64,000 bases of DNA, taken from contig NW_003314283.1 in the NCBI RefSeq assembly GCF_000143415.4, forward strand, positions 26,407 through 90,406, given 5' to 3'. This DNA comes from Selaginella moellendorffii. Taxonomy: Eukaryota; Plantae; Lycopodiophyta. The position numbers and the translations under genes are program-made. Position 1 is the first letter of the stretch, and the number at the start of each line of letters is the position of its first letter. Shown one piece after another: positions 11,350-24,727 of the stretch. The notes under the pieces were generated by a model that was not told the origin of the DNA, did no database searches, and saw only the letters and a program-made list of their open reading frames with translations.

Positions 11350-13503
11350 TCACATTTTAGAGGCTTTAGCAACAGCCAGCCCTGCAAAGAGAGGAGAAAA
11401 GGAACGGCTTTGTGAGCTATGGTGGAAGTTACTATCAGACACTTACCCAATGCTTTCGCATTAACAATGCTCGGGCACGCCATTGGTGGCCGAGTCTTCT
11501 CATCCAGAAATGGGACGACATTATTGGGATCATGCCATACTGGATATCCTTTCAATTTCCCCTGGTGTCATACGATTCACGCAAATTATTAGCTGATAAC
11601 TGCGCGAAGGGGATGTGTCCTTACGAGAACGTTGAGCGCTGCAAGCGTGGCCATGCCTTCCCTTGTCCACTGTAAATGAAAATTTACCACGTGATCGTTT
11701 CAGTCCCAAGAAATTCAACGATGGAAAGGCTTGACACCTTGGATGCTGATGCAATGTGCGGCACCACAACGGCGTTTGGCATCTCTGCTAGGCCGGGCTT
11801 CATAAAGGGCTCGTCCTGATAAGTTTTTTTGGTTGATGGTTAGCCACAGTAAAAGTATTCACGGGCTGTCTACCTCAAAAACATCAAGTCCCGCACGAAA
11901 CATTGGGTTGGCTTTCAGATGTGCAACCAAGGCCACCTCATCAATCACTGGCCCCCTGCTTGCGTTGATTAATATGGCATCCTGTAGCAAGCAGTTAAAA
12001 ATGTTTGCATGAGGTACTTTTCGTGCGTATAATATGTTCACCTTTTTCATGATTGAAAGCCTTTCCGTGTTCATCAGATGGTATGTTGTTTTGTCAAGTA
12101 TTGGATGTAGACTCACCTGGACAAGGATCATAAAGCCATTTTATCAGTGTGATGGAATGAAACTGGACAGACCACATCCGCCTCTCTAAGAACGTCTTCC
12201 ACCGTTGCAGCTCTTTTCCAAGTGACCGGAGTCTCTCCTTGGGACTTGAGAAACTCTCCATACGCTGCATGAAATGGTTACTGTTTGTTCATTACTGTCG
12301 AGTGATGAGATCTGGCATTCTCACCTGTGACAAATTTCTCCAGTCTCGTAGACTGATAGAGATCGTAGTAAATGACATCCATCTTAAACCCTTCAACCTG
12401 CACTCGAAAGCAATAAAAAAATACCGCACAAGCTTTCCGGAAGCAATGATACCATCATTCGTGCATAGGCCGATCCAATCCTCCCAGCACCGATGATTCC
12501 AACAGTTTGTCCCTTGAGCAAGTTCCCAATGAATCTGCAAGCAGGGACGCTCACACATCAGTCAAAACAGCACCCGGGAGCACAATGTACCTGCAAATTT
12601 TCATTTGGATTTTTTTCGGTCGCAGACAAGACTTACAAGGAGGGAAGCCATCCTTTGTATTTCCCAGCTCGCATAAACGAGTCCGCCTCCACAATTCTCC
12701 TGGCAACAGCCAGCGTTAACGAAGCGGCAAGCTCAGCTGTCGTCTCGGTGAGAACACCCTGTAAGATCATTAAATGATGTTGTTACAAACTCACAGAGAG
12801 ATCTTNNNNNNNNNNNNNNNNNNNNNNNNNNNNNNNNNNNNNNNNNNNNNNNNNNNNNNNNNNNNNNNNNNNNNNNNNNNNNNNNNNNNNNNNNNNNNNN
12901 NNNNNTCCGCGTAGCAGCGTCCACATTAACGTTGTTGTAGCCCACTGCCATGTTGCTAAAGGCGTGGCCGCCGGCTTTCTTCAATGCTCCAAAGAGAGCA
13001 TCGCCCCAGTCCTCAGTGAGCTATAGTAGAGAAACACTTGGTATTAAAAAGAAATCCAGCAAAGTGGAAAGGAAGCAAAGAACCATAAATTTTGGCTCTC
13101 GCGATACCTGGCCGATGACGCCGTCGCATTTGCTGCCGATGAGCGCGACAATGTCTTCCACGCTGAGAATGATCTTGTCCTCCGTGCAAACCTTGGAAAA
13201 TAAATGCGCAGAGAATGAATCCAAGGACTCATGAGGGACAAGCGAGCGATCGAAAGCAAAAAGGACTCGAGGACGATTCTTTCTCGTCCGGGAGAGATTA
13301 AAGACCGAGAAAGCATCCAAGAATGCACGAGAAAGACGAGATTTCACGCAATTTCACGAAAGCTTCCAAAGAAAGGGGAGATCTCTCACCTCTACACGGC
13401 ATCCGCCATCGACGAGGAGCTGGATCCATCGCGCTCCAGGCATCGGCTTGGTGCTCACGACGCGATATTTCCCCCATGGATTGTGAACCTCCACCTTGGC
13501 CAT
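11350..13503 (-). CDS. HPR1: Peroxisomal hydroxypyruvate reductase (glycerate dehydrogenase)
   Basis: MAKVEVHNPWGKYRVVSTKPMPGARWI, CDGVIGQ, FSNMAVGYNNV, GQTVGIIGAGRIG, ILINASRGPVIDE, VPHIASASK. The last exon gives ...ALGLAVAKASKM* (PTS1 SKM). One exon falls in the N gap at 12806-12905. Confidence 0.96.
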
Positions 13504-16021
13504 CGCGGGAGAAATGCCGCTGGCTCAGCCCTAATCCCATCCCAGCCATTGGTTTGCCACCCAACGGCTAGGATCGGGATGGCGCTGCGACACGTGGCGC
13601 GCGCTGGTGAGGGAGCGGCAGAGCCATCGATGCGTTGTACTTTTTGACGTGGCGAGATCTGGACCCTAGATCCTGTCTTAGGGCAAACAAGGGGTTAAAG
13701 GACACCAAAATGACAAACGAATATGCGGACACTGTCTATTACAATTTTTTCGAATCTTTTTTTCCTCCCAATAGTCTGGAAATTTTTTGTTTTTCTTGTT
13801 TGTCTTGTCTTTTTTACTTCCCGAGAAAATTCCAAAAGAAAAGCCACAAAAAATATCATCTTTGGTTGGTTGTGTTGAGAAGACCAAATGCGCAAAGTCC
13901 AAAGGCGAGCAGCCCTCTGACTCGCCCAGTCTGCGACTGCCCGCTGCTCGATAGAATAGAAGCGACCAAAGAAGAAGGTCCACTTCCACTTCCACCGTAT
14001 AGATCTAGACGTCCCAGCTTAGCGATCAAAGCTTATAAGCGCGGCCCTTTGATCGATCTCTGGGAAGAATCGTGTTCCCGGGTGATTGATTGGATTGATG
14101 TGCCTCTAGGACTATACAATTCACCACTGATCAACTGCCAGGAGGAAGAAGAAGAGCGTGTGTTGTGCATACACATATATAAGAGTTTATTTTCTCTTCC
14201 TTTTTGGCGGTGGATTTGGCCGAGCCTCCATAAACTTTCCTGGCACCGCGAATGCGAGAATACAACGAGGTAAGCAAAGCCTGCCAGTCCATTGCACTGC
14301 ACTTGCATTGCCATTGCATTGCGTTTGCCCCCCCTCCCTTCTCTCTCTCTCTTCCTTTTCATTCCATCGCCGCGTTGTTTTCCCGATTGGATCCCGCATC
14401 TGGGTCGATCTTTCAGATCAATCCGACTTGATGGGTCGATTTCTCTCGTCGCGATCTCCGGTGGGTCAATGCTGGATTCCTGTTGGCTATCGGGATTTGC
14501 TTGTGGGTCGTGTTAGCGCAAATGCCCAGACCGGGCATTTGCTGTAAGATGGTGTGTCCGTTTTTTTCTCGTTGCTTGGGCACAACACGAGAAGTAGGGA
14601 CGAGGACCCCATGTCTGTTATTTCCCCACCCTCTTTCTCGTGTGGCCCTTTTGTGCTTTTGGTCGCATTCGCAATCCCCACCAGGATCTTCTCAAACAGT
14701 CGGAGCATTTAAAACCCACTACTTCTCGCTCTTGTCCATTGCAAGACGAGATTTTTTTCTTTTTTTCCTCCTTCGTTTCGTGCTTTCTTTCTTCTTTATG
14801 AACCCTCAGCCAAGACGCCAGCCAAGCCGGCAGTAGCAGCAGGAGCAGCAGCGCGGTAGGAATTTTTTTGCGTTTTTTTCTCACAAAAACCATCTTTTTC
14901 TTCTTTTTCTTTTTTTTTGCTCGACCTTTGTTGTTTCTCTTCGTTTCGTTTGGTGGTCTTATTGTGATCTCCATTATGAGCTTCTTGTTTCCAGCATTCA
15001 CTCATCCATTCATTCAATTCCATTTCTTTCATTCACTCAGTCACTCGCGCAACTCCACTCAGTCACTCGCTCATTCATTCACTCATTCGGTTTTTTCTCT
15101 CTTTTTTTTTCCATTTCTCTCTTTTTTTTGCGTGTTTTCTTTCGCATGAATCCATGGATTCATGAATTCCATCCATCTCTTTATCCCCTCAGGTAGTATA
15201 GCAGCAGTATAGAGCTGGAAAGTCGTAATGCATAACTCGCTGGCATACCTGTAGGCATACAGTACAAAAACTTTCACGCAGACAAGCAAGAACACACTTG
15301 TTCTTTCTCTATTCTTTTCTTCTCTTTTCTTCATTCACTCTCTCTCTCTCTTGAGCGTTTTAAACTTTTGCCTCTCGTAAACTCTCTCTCTCGCGGTGAG
15401 AGAATGAGAAAGTCGAGTCTCTCGATCGCTCGTATTCATGATTTTTCGTGAGATGTTTCTATACACTAATCCACCGCACGTGTACGTGTTTTGTTATCAG
15501 GAATGTCAATGGATCTCTTGGAGCTGCTGAGCCCCCATAGCTAGACTCTAGCTAGCTTCCTCCTCCATAGCTCTCGCAGTAAAGAAGGAGAACTTTAGAA
15601 TCCATATCCATATCCAGGAACTCAGGAAGAACAACAAAGATGGAACCTCGAAGAAGAAGGGGTCTCGAGAGTGAGTTTTCTTCTTTGCTTGTTCTTGTGA
15701 ATCTCTCCTTCTCACTCGTTGTGAATCCAGCGTTTTAATCTCGCGGGAGCCGCCGTGAGAGAGCGTTGAGCCCGTGAAAGGGAGAGACGGGGAGAGAAAG
15801 AAGAGCTCACAACTTCGTAGCCTTTCCTTCTCTCTCTTTCTCTCAAGGAAGACGTGATTCACTCCTTCCTCGCTTACCAAAATCATACTTTTCCACGGCG
15901 ACCATCTCTCTCTCTCTCGCTCAATCTCTTTGAGACATGGGAGAGGTTGAAGCTGCAGTGACCAAGAACTCCAAAAATTCTTCTCACTGCTACTTCGAGC
16001 AGGCTCCTCCCAGTGACAGGA

Positions 16022-16395
16022 ATGGCGACTATCTTCACTAGCGATGCTCACAAGAACCCCGGAGCTTGGACAGGAGGATTTGACAACAACACGAACAACT
16101 ATCTTCCAGGCATGGTGATGATGCCTGTGCCGCTGCTTCATCCACACAAGAACACTTCGGGGCTGTGCCTTGGGCTCGTAAGTAACTCCTTCTCTTCCTC
16201 TTTTGCCATCTCTAGAGCTCCATAGAGTTTCCATAGCTTCTCTTCCAGGAGCTCAGTGTCTAAAATTTGGATTTTCCACTCTTGCCAGTACTGATGCCTC
16301 GAGTTTAGTCGTGATTTAATGCAGCCAAGCGGGCTGGAGGGGTCTGGAAGTGGTGCTGGAGGTGGAAGCAAGCTTCCGGAGGATGAGAACAAATC

Positions 16396-16427
<32 letters not shown>

Positions 16428-19400
16428 GTGTTGGTGGTAGTGGCAGTGGTGGCGGTGGTGGTGGTGAGCCCGGAATGGAGGGAGCTTCTAGTGAAGATCA
16501 GGAACCGAGTGATCAGCCACCTCGCAAGCGGAGATTTCACCGACACACGCTCCGCCAGATACAAGAGATGGAAATGTAAGTCTTGAAAGTTTCCTCCTTC
16601 CTCGAGAATCTCTTTAAGTTCTAAAGCTTTTGCTCCTCTCTCTTGCTCTTCTCTCCTTTTTCTTGCTGGTTTCATTCACTCATTCACTCGTAGGTCCCGA
16701 TGATGGTTTCTTTCGATTCTTTTCAGTTTTTTATTGTCATTGTTACATTGACTCGTATCTTACCGATGTTTGTCTTCGTTTGCATTTTTTTTTTCTTTCA
16801 GGGTCTTCAAAGAATGTCCTCACCCAGACGAGAAGCAACGAATGCAGCTCAGCCGAGAGCTGGGACTGGAGCCCCGGCAAGTCAAGTTTTGGTTCCAAAA
16901 TCGTCGCACACAGATGAAGGTAAGCATCAAAGTCTTCGAGGAGAATGGAGGAAAAAAGAGTTTTTTTGGTCATTTTTTCGAGAAAGAGAGTGCTGGTTCT
17001 GGGTGTAATTCGAAAGTTTTAGACAGGCACATCAAGAACGAGCGGAAAACTCCATGCTTAGGGCCGAGAACGAACGCCTCCGCTCCGAAAACATTGCGAT
17101 GCGAGAGGCTCTCAAGAACGCAACTTGTCCGCACTGTGGCGGCCCCGCGACGTTGGGAGAGATGTCCTACGACGAGCAGCAGCTGCGAATCGAAAACGCT
17201 CATCTCAAAGACGAAGTAAGCTTTGCTGCAAAGGAAAAAATCTTTATTTTTGTCTTCAAAAGTTGATGGAACTTTTCTTTCGCTCCATGCAGCTCGATCG
17301 AGTATCGTCTCTAGCAGCCAAGTACCTCTCCAAACCCGGAGGCGGAGCTCCTCACGGACTTAGCGTCCAGACGAGCTTACCGGGGACGTCGCTGGATCCC
17401 AGTGCTGCGGCGTTTGGACCACAGTCGAACAGCGCTCTAGCAGTTACTCCTGGACCATCGATGCTGGAGCTTGCCACTCGTCCGGGGGGACTTTCACAGG
17501 TGGAGAAGCCGCTCGTCGCGGAGCTCGCGATCATCGCAATGGAGGAGCTGCTGGCACTGGCTCAATCGAGAGAGCCACTGTGGATCCTGGAAGAGAATGG
17601 AGCTAAGGAAAGCTTGAATGGCGAGGAATATATGCAGCAGTTTTCCAGAGGATTGGGACCAACGCCTGTAGGACTCAAGGCCGAAGTTACTCGCGACACT
17701 GGTCTCGTGATGATGAATGGAGCTGCCTTGGTTGACACTATCATGGACGCGGTAAAGCTTTTCTTTTCTTTGGTATTTTATACTGAGAAAAATCTTTTCT
17801 TTGTTTTTTTCAGGGAAGATGGATGGATATGTTCTCATGTATTATTTCTAGAGCTTTGACCTCCGAAGTTCTCTCCACTGGCGTGGGTGGTAATTGGAAC
17901 AATGCATTACAACTTGTGAGTATACGAATCCTTTTTAGTTTCTTGTGAGTTCATAGTTTGCATTTTCTTTCTAGATTGCATTGCTGGTCTCGAGTTTGCT
18001 TCAAGTTCTCCTTGCGAGCTTTCAAGCATAGATTTTCTTTGTTTCTCTTGCAGATGTATGCCGAGTTTCAAGTGTTATCACCGCTGGTGCCGACGAGAGA
18101 GGCTTACTTTTTGCGCTACTGCAAGCAACACGCGGAAGGAGTGTGGGCGATAGTCGATGTTTCAGTGGACGGTCTGCGAGAAAATCCACCTCCACAGCTC
18201 CGGAACAGGCTTCGTCCCTCGGGGTTTTTGATCCAAGACATGCCAAACGGATACAGCAAAGTAAGCCATGGTTTTTCCTCTCGTTTTTTCACACCACCTT
18301 GCGGTTCCAGGTGACCATTCTTCAGCATATGGAGTACGATGATCGCCAAGTAAACAACATGTACCGCGGACTCGTGAGCAGCGGTCTAGCATTCGGTGCC
18401 AAGCGATGGCTCGCAACTTTGCAACGCCAGTGCGAGCGTTTGGCAGTTCTTTTGGCCACCAACATCTCCCCTCGAGATCTAGGCGGTAAAAAACTCTTCT
18501 TTTCTAGCGAAAAAACAGATTTTTCTTTAGTTTCTAGCTATGGTCCAGCTGATCAATCCTTGCTTTTCTTTGCAGTGATTTCCAACGCTACCGGACGTCG
18601 CAGCATGCTGAAGCTGGCGCAGCGAATGACCAATAACTTCTGCGCGGGTGTGAGCGCATCGACGGTGCACACCTGGACGACTCTCTCGGGCAGCGGCGAG
18701 GATGACGTGCGAGTCATGACGCGTAAGAGCATCGACAATCCTGGGGAGCCGCCAGGAATCGTTCTAAGCGCCGCTACTTCCCTCTGGATGCCTGTGAGCC
18801 CCCAGAGAGTTTTTGAGTTCCTCCGGGATGATCGTCTCAGGAGCGAAGTAAGTTTGCCATCTTTTCTTCTTCGTTTTACTTGGTTTTGCTCGATCGCTTC
18901 ACTCANNNNNNNNNNNNNNNNNNNNNNNNNNNNNNNNNNNNNNNNNNNNNNNNNNNNNNNNNNNNNNNNNNNNNNNNNNNNNNNNNNNNNNNNNNNNNNN
19001 NNNNNNNNNNNNNNNNNNNNNNNNNNNNNNNNNNNNNNNNNNNNNNNNNNNNNNNNNNNNNNNNNNNNNNNNNNNNNNNNNNNNNNNNNNNNNNNNNNNN
19101 NNNNNNNNNNNNNNNNNNNNNNNNNNNNNNNNNNNNNNNNNNNNNNNNNNNNNNNNNNNNNNNNNNNNNNNNNNNNNNNNNNNNNNNNNNNNNNNNNNNN
19201 NNNNNNNNNNNNNNNNNNNNNNNNNNNNNNNNNNNNNNNNNNNNCATACTCCCGGAGGGCCCTCGATCGATCGGCACCACCCCAGAGACGAGCAGCCGAG
19301 CAAGCAGCAGCGAGCCGGGGTGCTTGCTCACGGTAGCTTTCCAGATTCTCGTCAGCAACGTTCCAACCGCGAAGCTCAACTTGGAGTCCGTGACAACGGT

Positions 19401-19461
19401 GAACAGTCTCATCTCGTGCACTGTCCAGCGGATCAAGACGGCTCTCAGCTGCGAGACTTAA
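16022..19461 (+). CDS. Class IV homeodomain-leucine zipper (HD-ZLZ-START-SAD) transcription factor
   Basis: Exon 1 ends ...SGLCLGL|, then a Gly tract, [15 protein letters not shown]|VFKECPHPD...[20 protein letters not shown] zipper-loop, START domain ([30 protein letters not shown]) and LLTVAFQIL...[11 protein letters not shown]. Part of the SAD region lies in the gap at 18906-19244. Confidence 0.96.
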
Positions 19462-19635
19462 AGAAACATCGGATTTTACGCAGGAAAGTCGGAATAAGGT
19501 GGGGTTTGTTCGGGAAAGATGGCAGAAGGAACAGGATCGTCGACAGGAAAAAACTGGCAAAAATGGTGGGATTTAGCAGGGGTTTTAGAGGGACAAACAA
19601 ATGAAGAACAGCAACCAAGAACACAAAAGGGGGAT

Positions 19636-19941
19636 GGAGTCAAGAACGCACCACAGACCAGATTTTAGAATCCTTGCCTCGTGGTAAAGCATTGGAGACG
19701 AAGAAGACATCAACGACGACGAAAAGACGTGGTTTGCTAATTTTTATTCGAGAGGAGAGTGAGAGAAGAGGTTTTTTTTTTTTGGATTCCTTCTTCTTCT
19801 TCCTTCTTCATGCATACTTTCTAGCGCAGCGGATGGATTGAGAGGCCTTTTTCTGGTTCTTCCTCCTCGATTCTTCCTTGCGCTAGAAGCTGTGCATGGT
19901 GCTTCACCACTCGGCAAGGAGCGTGGTTCGGGTATTGACTT
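19636..19941 (+). promoter_or_regulatory. Paired conserved HD-ZIP IV 3'UTR motifs forming a long-range stem
   Basis: GGAGTCAAGAACGCACCAC (19636-19654) and GTGGTTCGGGTATTGACTT (19923-19941) are mutually complementary at both ends (AGTCAA/TTGACT and ACCAC/GTGGT). Confidence 0.8.
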
Positions 19942-21728
19942 TGTTTACCAACTTGGTCCTGTTCTTCATTTTTCTGTGTTCTAGTAGTCTTTTTTTCTTC
20001 CATTTTTCATCTTCAATCCTGTTGTAACTTGGTACATTTTAATCTGATTTCATTTTGATCCAAAGTTTCCAAGCTTGAAGTTCCAAGATCAACTCCAGAG
20101 TTTCAAGAGGTTAACTTCATTTTATAAAGTATGATTATAAAGATGAGGCTACAAAAAACCCGAATATCTGGTTTACTGTGCAAAGCTTGGTATTAGCTAT
20201 CGTTGCTTGCTGCTCAGCTGGTGCTACGTGCTGCTGCTAATTGCTTGCTATTGCTAGAGCCCATGAAATTTTTCTAAGTAGAGAAGAAAAGGAAATGACT
20301 GTCCTTAAGCATGTCCGAAATCCCTTGTTGGCTTTGTGCTGTTTAGCATAAAATGTAAGCTAAGCTTTTCTTTTCTTTTCCTGCTCTAAATTCTGGGGGA
20401 TAAACTTGATGACACACAATAGAAGCCCTTGAAATAGATCCTGTGGCATAATAAGTGTCATTATTTCATGGCAGACAAACAAACATAATATTTGTCACAT
20501 ATGCAAAATTTGGCATGCCATAACCAAGATTACCAATTTTAACTCTTGTGATTCTTTTTCTCAATCTAGTATTCAATTGAGTATTCCCTATCATCCTCAA
20601 ACTGATAGCATGGGCACACAACTTAAGTACATGTCAATCAAACAAGCTTAGAGGAAAGCATCCAAGTTGAGCTTTGCTTAGCATATGTTTTAATTCCTCA
20701 TATTTATATATATTGACTTTCCCATTGTAAAGGGTTGTGCCTTTTAGGGTTCTTTTATCTGGTTTTACGAGGCCAGCATATATTTAGAACATATATAGTG
20801 AAGGGTTTAAAGATGTATATTATTAATCACTTATAAGAATTCTTTGAATTCCTAGCCAGAGGTAAGTCATTTATTATTAAATTTCTAAAATAATTATTGG
20901 CCTTCAAGTATAGTCTTAAATGTTACTCTTTATATGAATGAATTCCAACCGGAAACTATAAATTTTTCAAATAATTAACTGATAATTGATAATTATTTAG
21001 TATTCTCAATGCAACACAACATGCAATTGCCACACAAAACAAGCATTACAAACTTTCTAAAATGGATTATGATTTATCAGAAACTTTCTTTATTTTCCAG
21101 TTAATTTATGGGAAGAGATAAGATATACTTGTTTGAGATAGTTTTATTGTATATATATATATATATAATATACTTAAAGGTGATTGTTGATAGTTTAGTT
21201 TTTTATTTTTAAAAAATGACTGATCGTGGGATGCAATTATGAGAGGAACGCTAAAAAGAAAAATTTAGACGAAGAATGTGTGCTTCCTTCTTGAGTGTCG
21301 TTTTCATGCGCCACGCAAATCATAACAAAGAAAAGTAGACGCTGTATTGTAATGTTTTTTTAGGGTTTATGAAATGGCGAGAGAGCCCCTGCCGCTGCTG
21401 CCGATTCGCGATCCAAATCTGAGGCGCTGTGTCAACGCCGCTGGAACGAGCCACGTCCTGGTACGGTTTGTGTCAAGATTTAATCGATTTGTCCGAGATC
21501 TTGGAATTCGTGCTCTGTCTTCCATTTTTTCTCGAACGCTTCAACTCTTGGCGTCTTTTCTTGCTGTTTTCGTTCTTTTCCTGATTTGATTTTCGCGATA
21601 CTTTGTGGTGTCTGCGCTCCTGAGAATCCCATCGAAAGTTTTCACTTTCTTATGCTCTAAACTTAACAGTTTTTCTTTTCTTTTCTTTTCTGGTTTTCCC
21701 TTGCAGGAGAAATACTGGCAACGAAACC

Positions 21729-22275
21729 ATGATGCTCAAATCTCGAAGCTATTCCAATCATCTGGTACTCACCTCACACACACAGGCAGTTGAGGTAAGA
21801 TCTTTCTCCCAGCTTTTCCTCTACACGCTTTCTTCGTGCTGAAACTTTCAAGTAACTTATCCAGGTCTCTGTGAAAGCGTACTTCCCATCTCCCCATGGA
21901 ACACCGGACAGACACTTTCCAAAACCCAGTCCCAGCTCGCGAAATTCGACGCTGCATGGAGATGGTAGGCCTTCTCCTTCGAAAACGAGCTCCTGGAAGA
22001 GCGTGCTTTACTTTTGGAAGCGTCCGAGAGATCATACACCGAGTTCCAAAGAAGAGCACAAGCACCAAGTTCCAAGGGTGAGAAAGTCTGTTTCCGGGCC
22101 GATCTATCGCAACGACGACACAGCCAGTGTGTCTATCCGCTCCTACTCAAATCCGGTTCTTGCTTGCGGAGGTTTTCCAAGAACGGAGGAGGAAGACGAT
22201 GGAGCGGCTAATCATCCCTACACGCCTTTGAAGAGGAAGCCCCGAGCTTCCACAAAGATCCTCTATGCGACATGA
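21729..22275 (+). CDS. Uncharacterised small plant protein (2 coding exons, 21729-21794 and 21865-22275)
   Basis: MMLKSRSYSNH...AVE|VSVKAYF...SSWKSVLYFWK...SVSGPIY...PYTPL...ILYAT*. The splice is in frame. The WK..LxFW, SGPIY, PYxxL and C-terminal YxT motifs recall an uncharacterised land-plant family (from memory). Confidence 0.6.
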
Positions 22276-23149
22276 GGTAACTCTTTACGGTTTCCTTGAA
22301 ATGGTTTTAGAAGTGTCTTCCAGATCGAGTATAACGATCTTGGATTGGAAGAAGAATGCGAGTGTAAATTCAAGGCAAAGTGCTGCCATGATAAGTTCTC
22401 ACCTAAAGCTCCAATACTTGCATTTTTCATTGTCAGTCACGCTTTTTTCTTATCGATATTTCGAAGCATAAGAATTGCTTATGATTGCCTAGGATGCATA
22501 CCATACTGGTTTGTGACGACTTTTTCTTTCGCTTTAAGCTTGATAGCCTTTGAGGAATTCGTTTCTTTCTTTTTTCTCTAGGTACTTTCGTACGAAATCA
22601 CTCATAGAAGCAGGCATTCTAATCATCTGGCACTTCACAAGGTACATTTTCTCGTTCCTGTTTCGTGACTTCTTTGAAATGTAAGAACACGACTTGGTAG
22701 ATGATAATTCTGGAGTGGAAACACTACGGCTTTAAATTCGAAGGTATGTTTCTCTTATATAAAAACCAATGCGACTTTAGTGCGAACTTGTCTCTATCCC
22801 GGAGAACAGCAAGCGTGACCTCGTGTTTTCGTGGCTGTCACGGCTTAAGAGGAGAGATTCGCAAAGTGCCAGGTGGAAGTGATAAGCATAAGGTTCTCAA
22901 AAGCAATAAACAAAAGCAAAAAGGCTCCTTCGTTATGCTGATAGTGATCTCGTTTCATTGTCACGCAGACGTGAGTGCTAATCCAAGTGAGATGTCAATG
23001 GAGCATCATGGACCGCAATGGCGTGTCTGTCATTGCGAGAACCACGACTTTTGGTAAGTTTGTTGCAACAGTCTCGCTGGATTCTTTCTTTTTTGTATCC
23101 TTCCAACAGGAACACTCCCGTGATTTACAAAAAATCGTAACGAAGAGGC

Positions 23150-24616
23150 TCATGAAACGCAGTGACACCGCTTAGCCGACGGTAAGCTACCACTTTTCCT
23201 ATTTCTTCTAAACCTCGCAATGCTCTCCTTGATCATAGGAACTTTGGAATGGATTTTTGACCATATCAAGCTCACAGCTCCGTCCGTAAGCGCATTATCA
23301 TACTCGAAATACCTCTGGACACGCGACAGCGTCTGTCTCATCGTGCTTCTCTCCTCGCTGCCAATGCTCCGCAACTTTTGGACAAGCCATCCGGGTTGTG
23401 TGGCGTCTCGGGTTGACACGAAGACGCAAAACTCCTCGTAATTCACAAAGCCTTCGAATGGAAGCTGGATGTCATCGCTGACAATCACTGGAATGCACAG
23501 GCTCGCGATGGCGTCGTAAAGCCTGCATGAACTGGGAGTGTCTCCCGCCGGAGTCAAGCAAAACTCGGAGCTTCTCATGCCTCGTGTGGCTTCCGCAAGA
23601 CCGGCATCGTCTGGAAGTCCTTTCTCGAGCAAAACTTCTGGTTCGTTGTCTAAGATTTTCCAGAGCTTTTCTCTGACAAGCCCGCTCTGCAGGACGAAAG
23701 CGAAAGAAAAGCTATCACACTCAAGAACAGGAAAGTTCTGTTACCCTGTGACGATGGCGAGCTCCTCTGAAGTACAGGAGAACAGTCCGGTGTTGATCGT
23801 CCGCGATTTTCAAGGGTGGCAGCAAGTGCGTGTGGGGGATTATCACGTCTTTGATCGGAGAGACCTGGGAGTGCTGGATGATGGTGGAGGAATTCAGCTT
23901 GTTCTTGGCATCCTCCAGGTACCATCCTCCAAAGTCGACCACCAGGAACATCGCGGTGGAGATTTGCTCGCGGACGTGCCACATAGCCATGGGATCTGGA
24001 AGAAGAACAGGAGCGTGGAGAGAGAGAGCAAAGTTTCGTTTTTACCAGCGAGAACGAAGACATGGTCGACTCCATTGCTCCGCCTCCACTCGAGACTGCT
24101 GGTGACAAGCTCCACCACTCGCCGCTGGCGATCAAAGTCGGAGTTTTTGGAGCTCTTCTTGCGAAACTCGCCACGGTGGCCACCTCTGAGCTGGATTTGA
24201 GCGCTGAGAGCCGCGAAGAATGGCACGAAGACAACGTCCGCGAGCCGGGAATCCCACACTCGAACAAAGTTTTCCTTCTTCTTGGAGGGGCTGTCGAGCA
24301 GATCGCGCAGGAGCCAAAACTCGGCACTGTGCTGCTTGAGCAGAGGATTCGTGGGATACTCGCCGGTGGAGCAGCAGTTCTGGGAGCGGCAGTAGCTCTC
24401 GAGGAGGCCATGGTGGAATTCGCGAGGAAGATCGGCGACATAAACTCTGAGAAGCTGGGATGATTTGGCTTTGGCGATCGAGCAGCTCCTCTGTGTCCAA
24501 GCTCTCGGCGAGAAGGAGAAGAGGAAGAATTGGGCGAAGCCGAGCGCGAGCGAAAGCAAAAAAATTCTGGAGCTCAAGAACCGAGTGAGAAAATCTGGCA
24601 GCCTCCTTACCTCCAT
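23150..24616 (-). CDS. Exostosin-family (GT47) glycosyltransferase, ARAD1-like (3 exons)
   Basis: Signal anchor, LRVYVADLPREFHHGLL, QHSAEFWL, ADVVFVPFFAALS, WRRSNGVDHVF, FLVVDFGGWY, LLYFRG, SEFCLTPAGDTPSSCRLYDAIASLCIPVIVSDDIQLPFE. The start could alternatively be ATG 24688. Confidence 0.92.
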
Positions 24617-24727
24617 TCCATTCCAAGAAGAGAAGGAGAACACTCTTGCGGCGGTTACGAGGTTTAATCTCTGTTCTTTGGGTAGCATAAAAGAATCTTT
24701 TAAATTGCTTAGTGGGAATATCCTTAA

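Noticed and set aside
14000-16000. miRNA precursor
   Set aside because: I saw no match to conserved plant miRNAs that I know and no long fold-back beyond a 20-bp palindrome.
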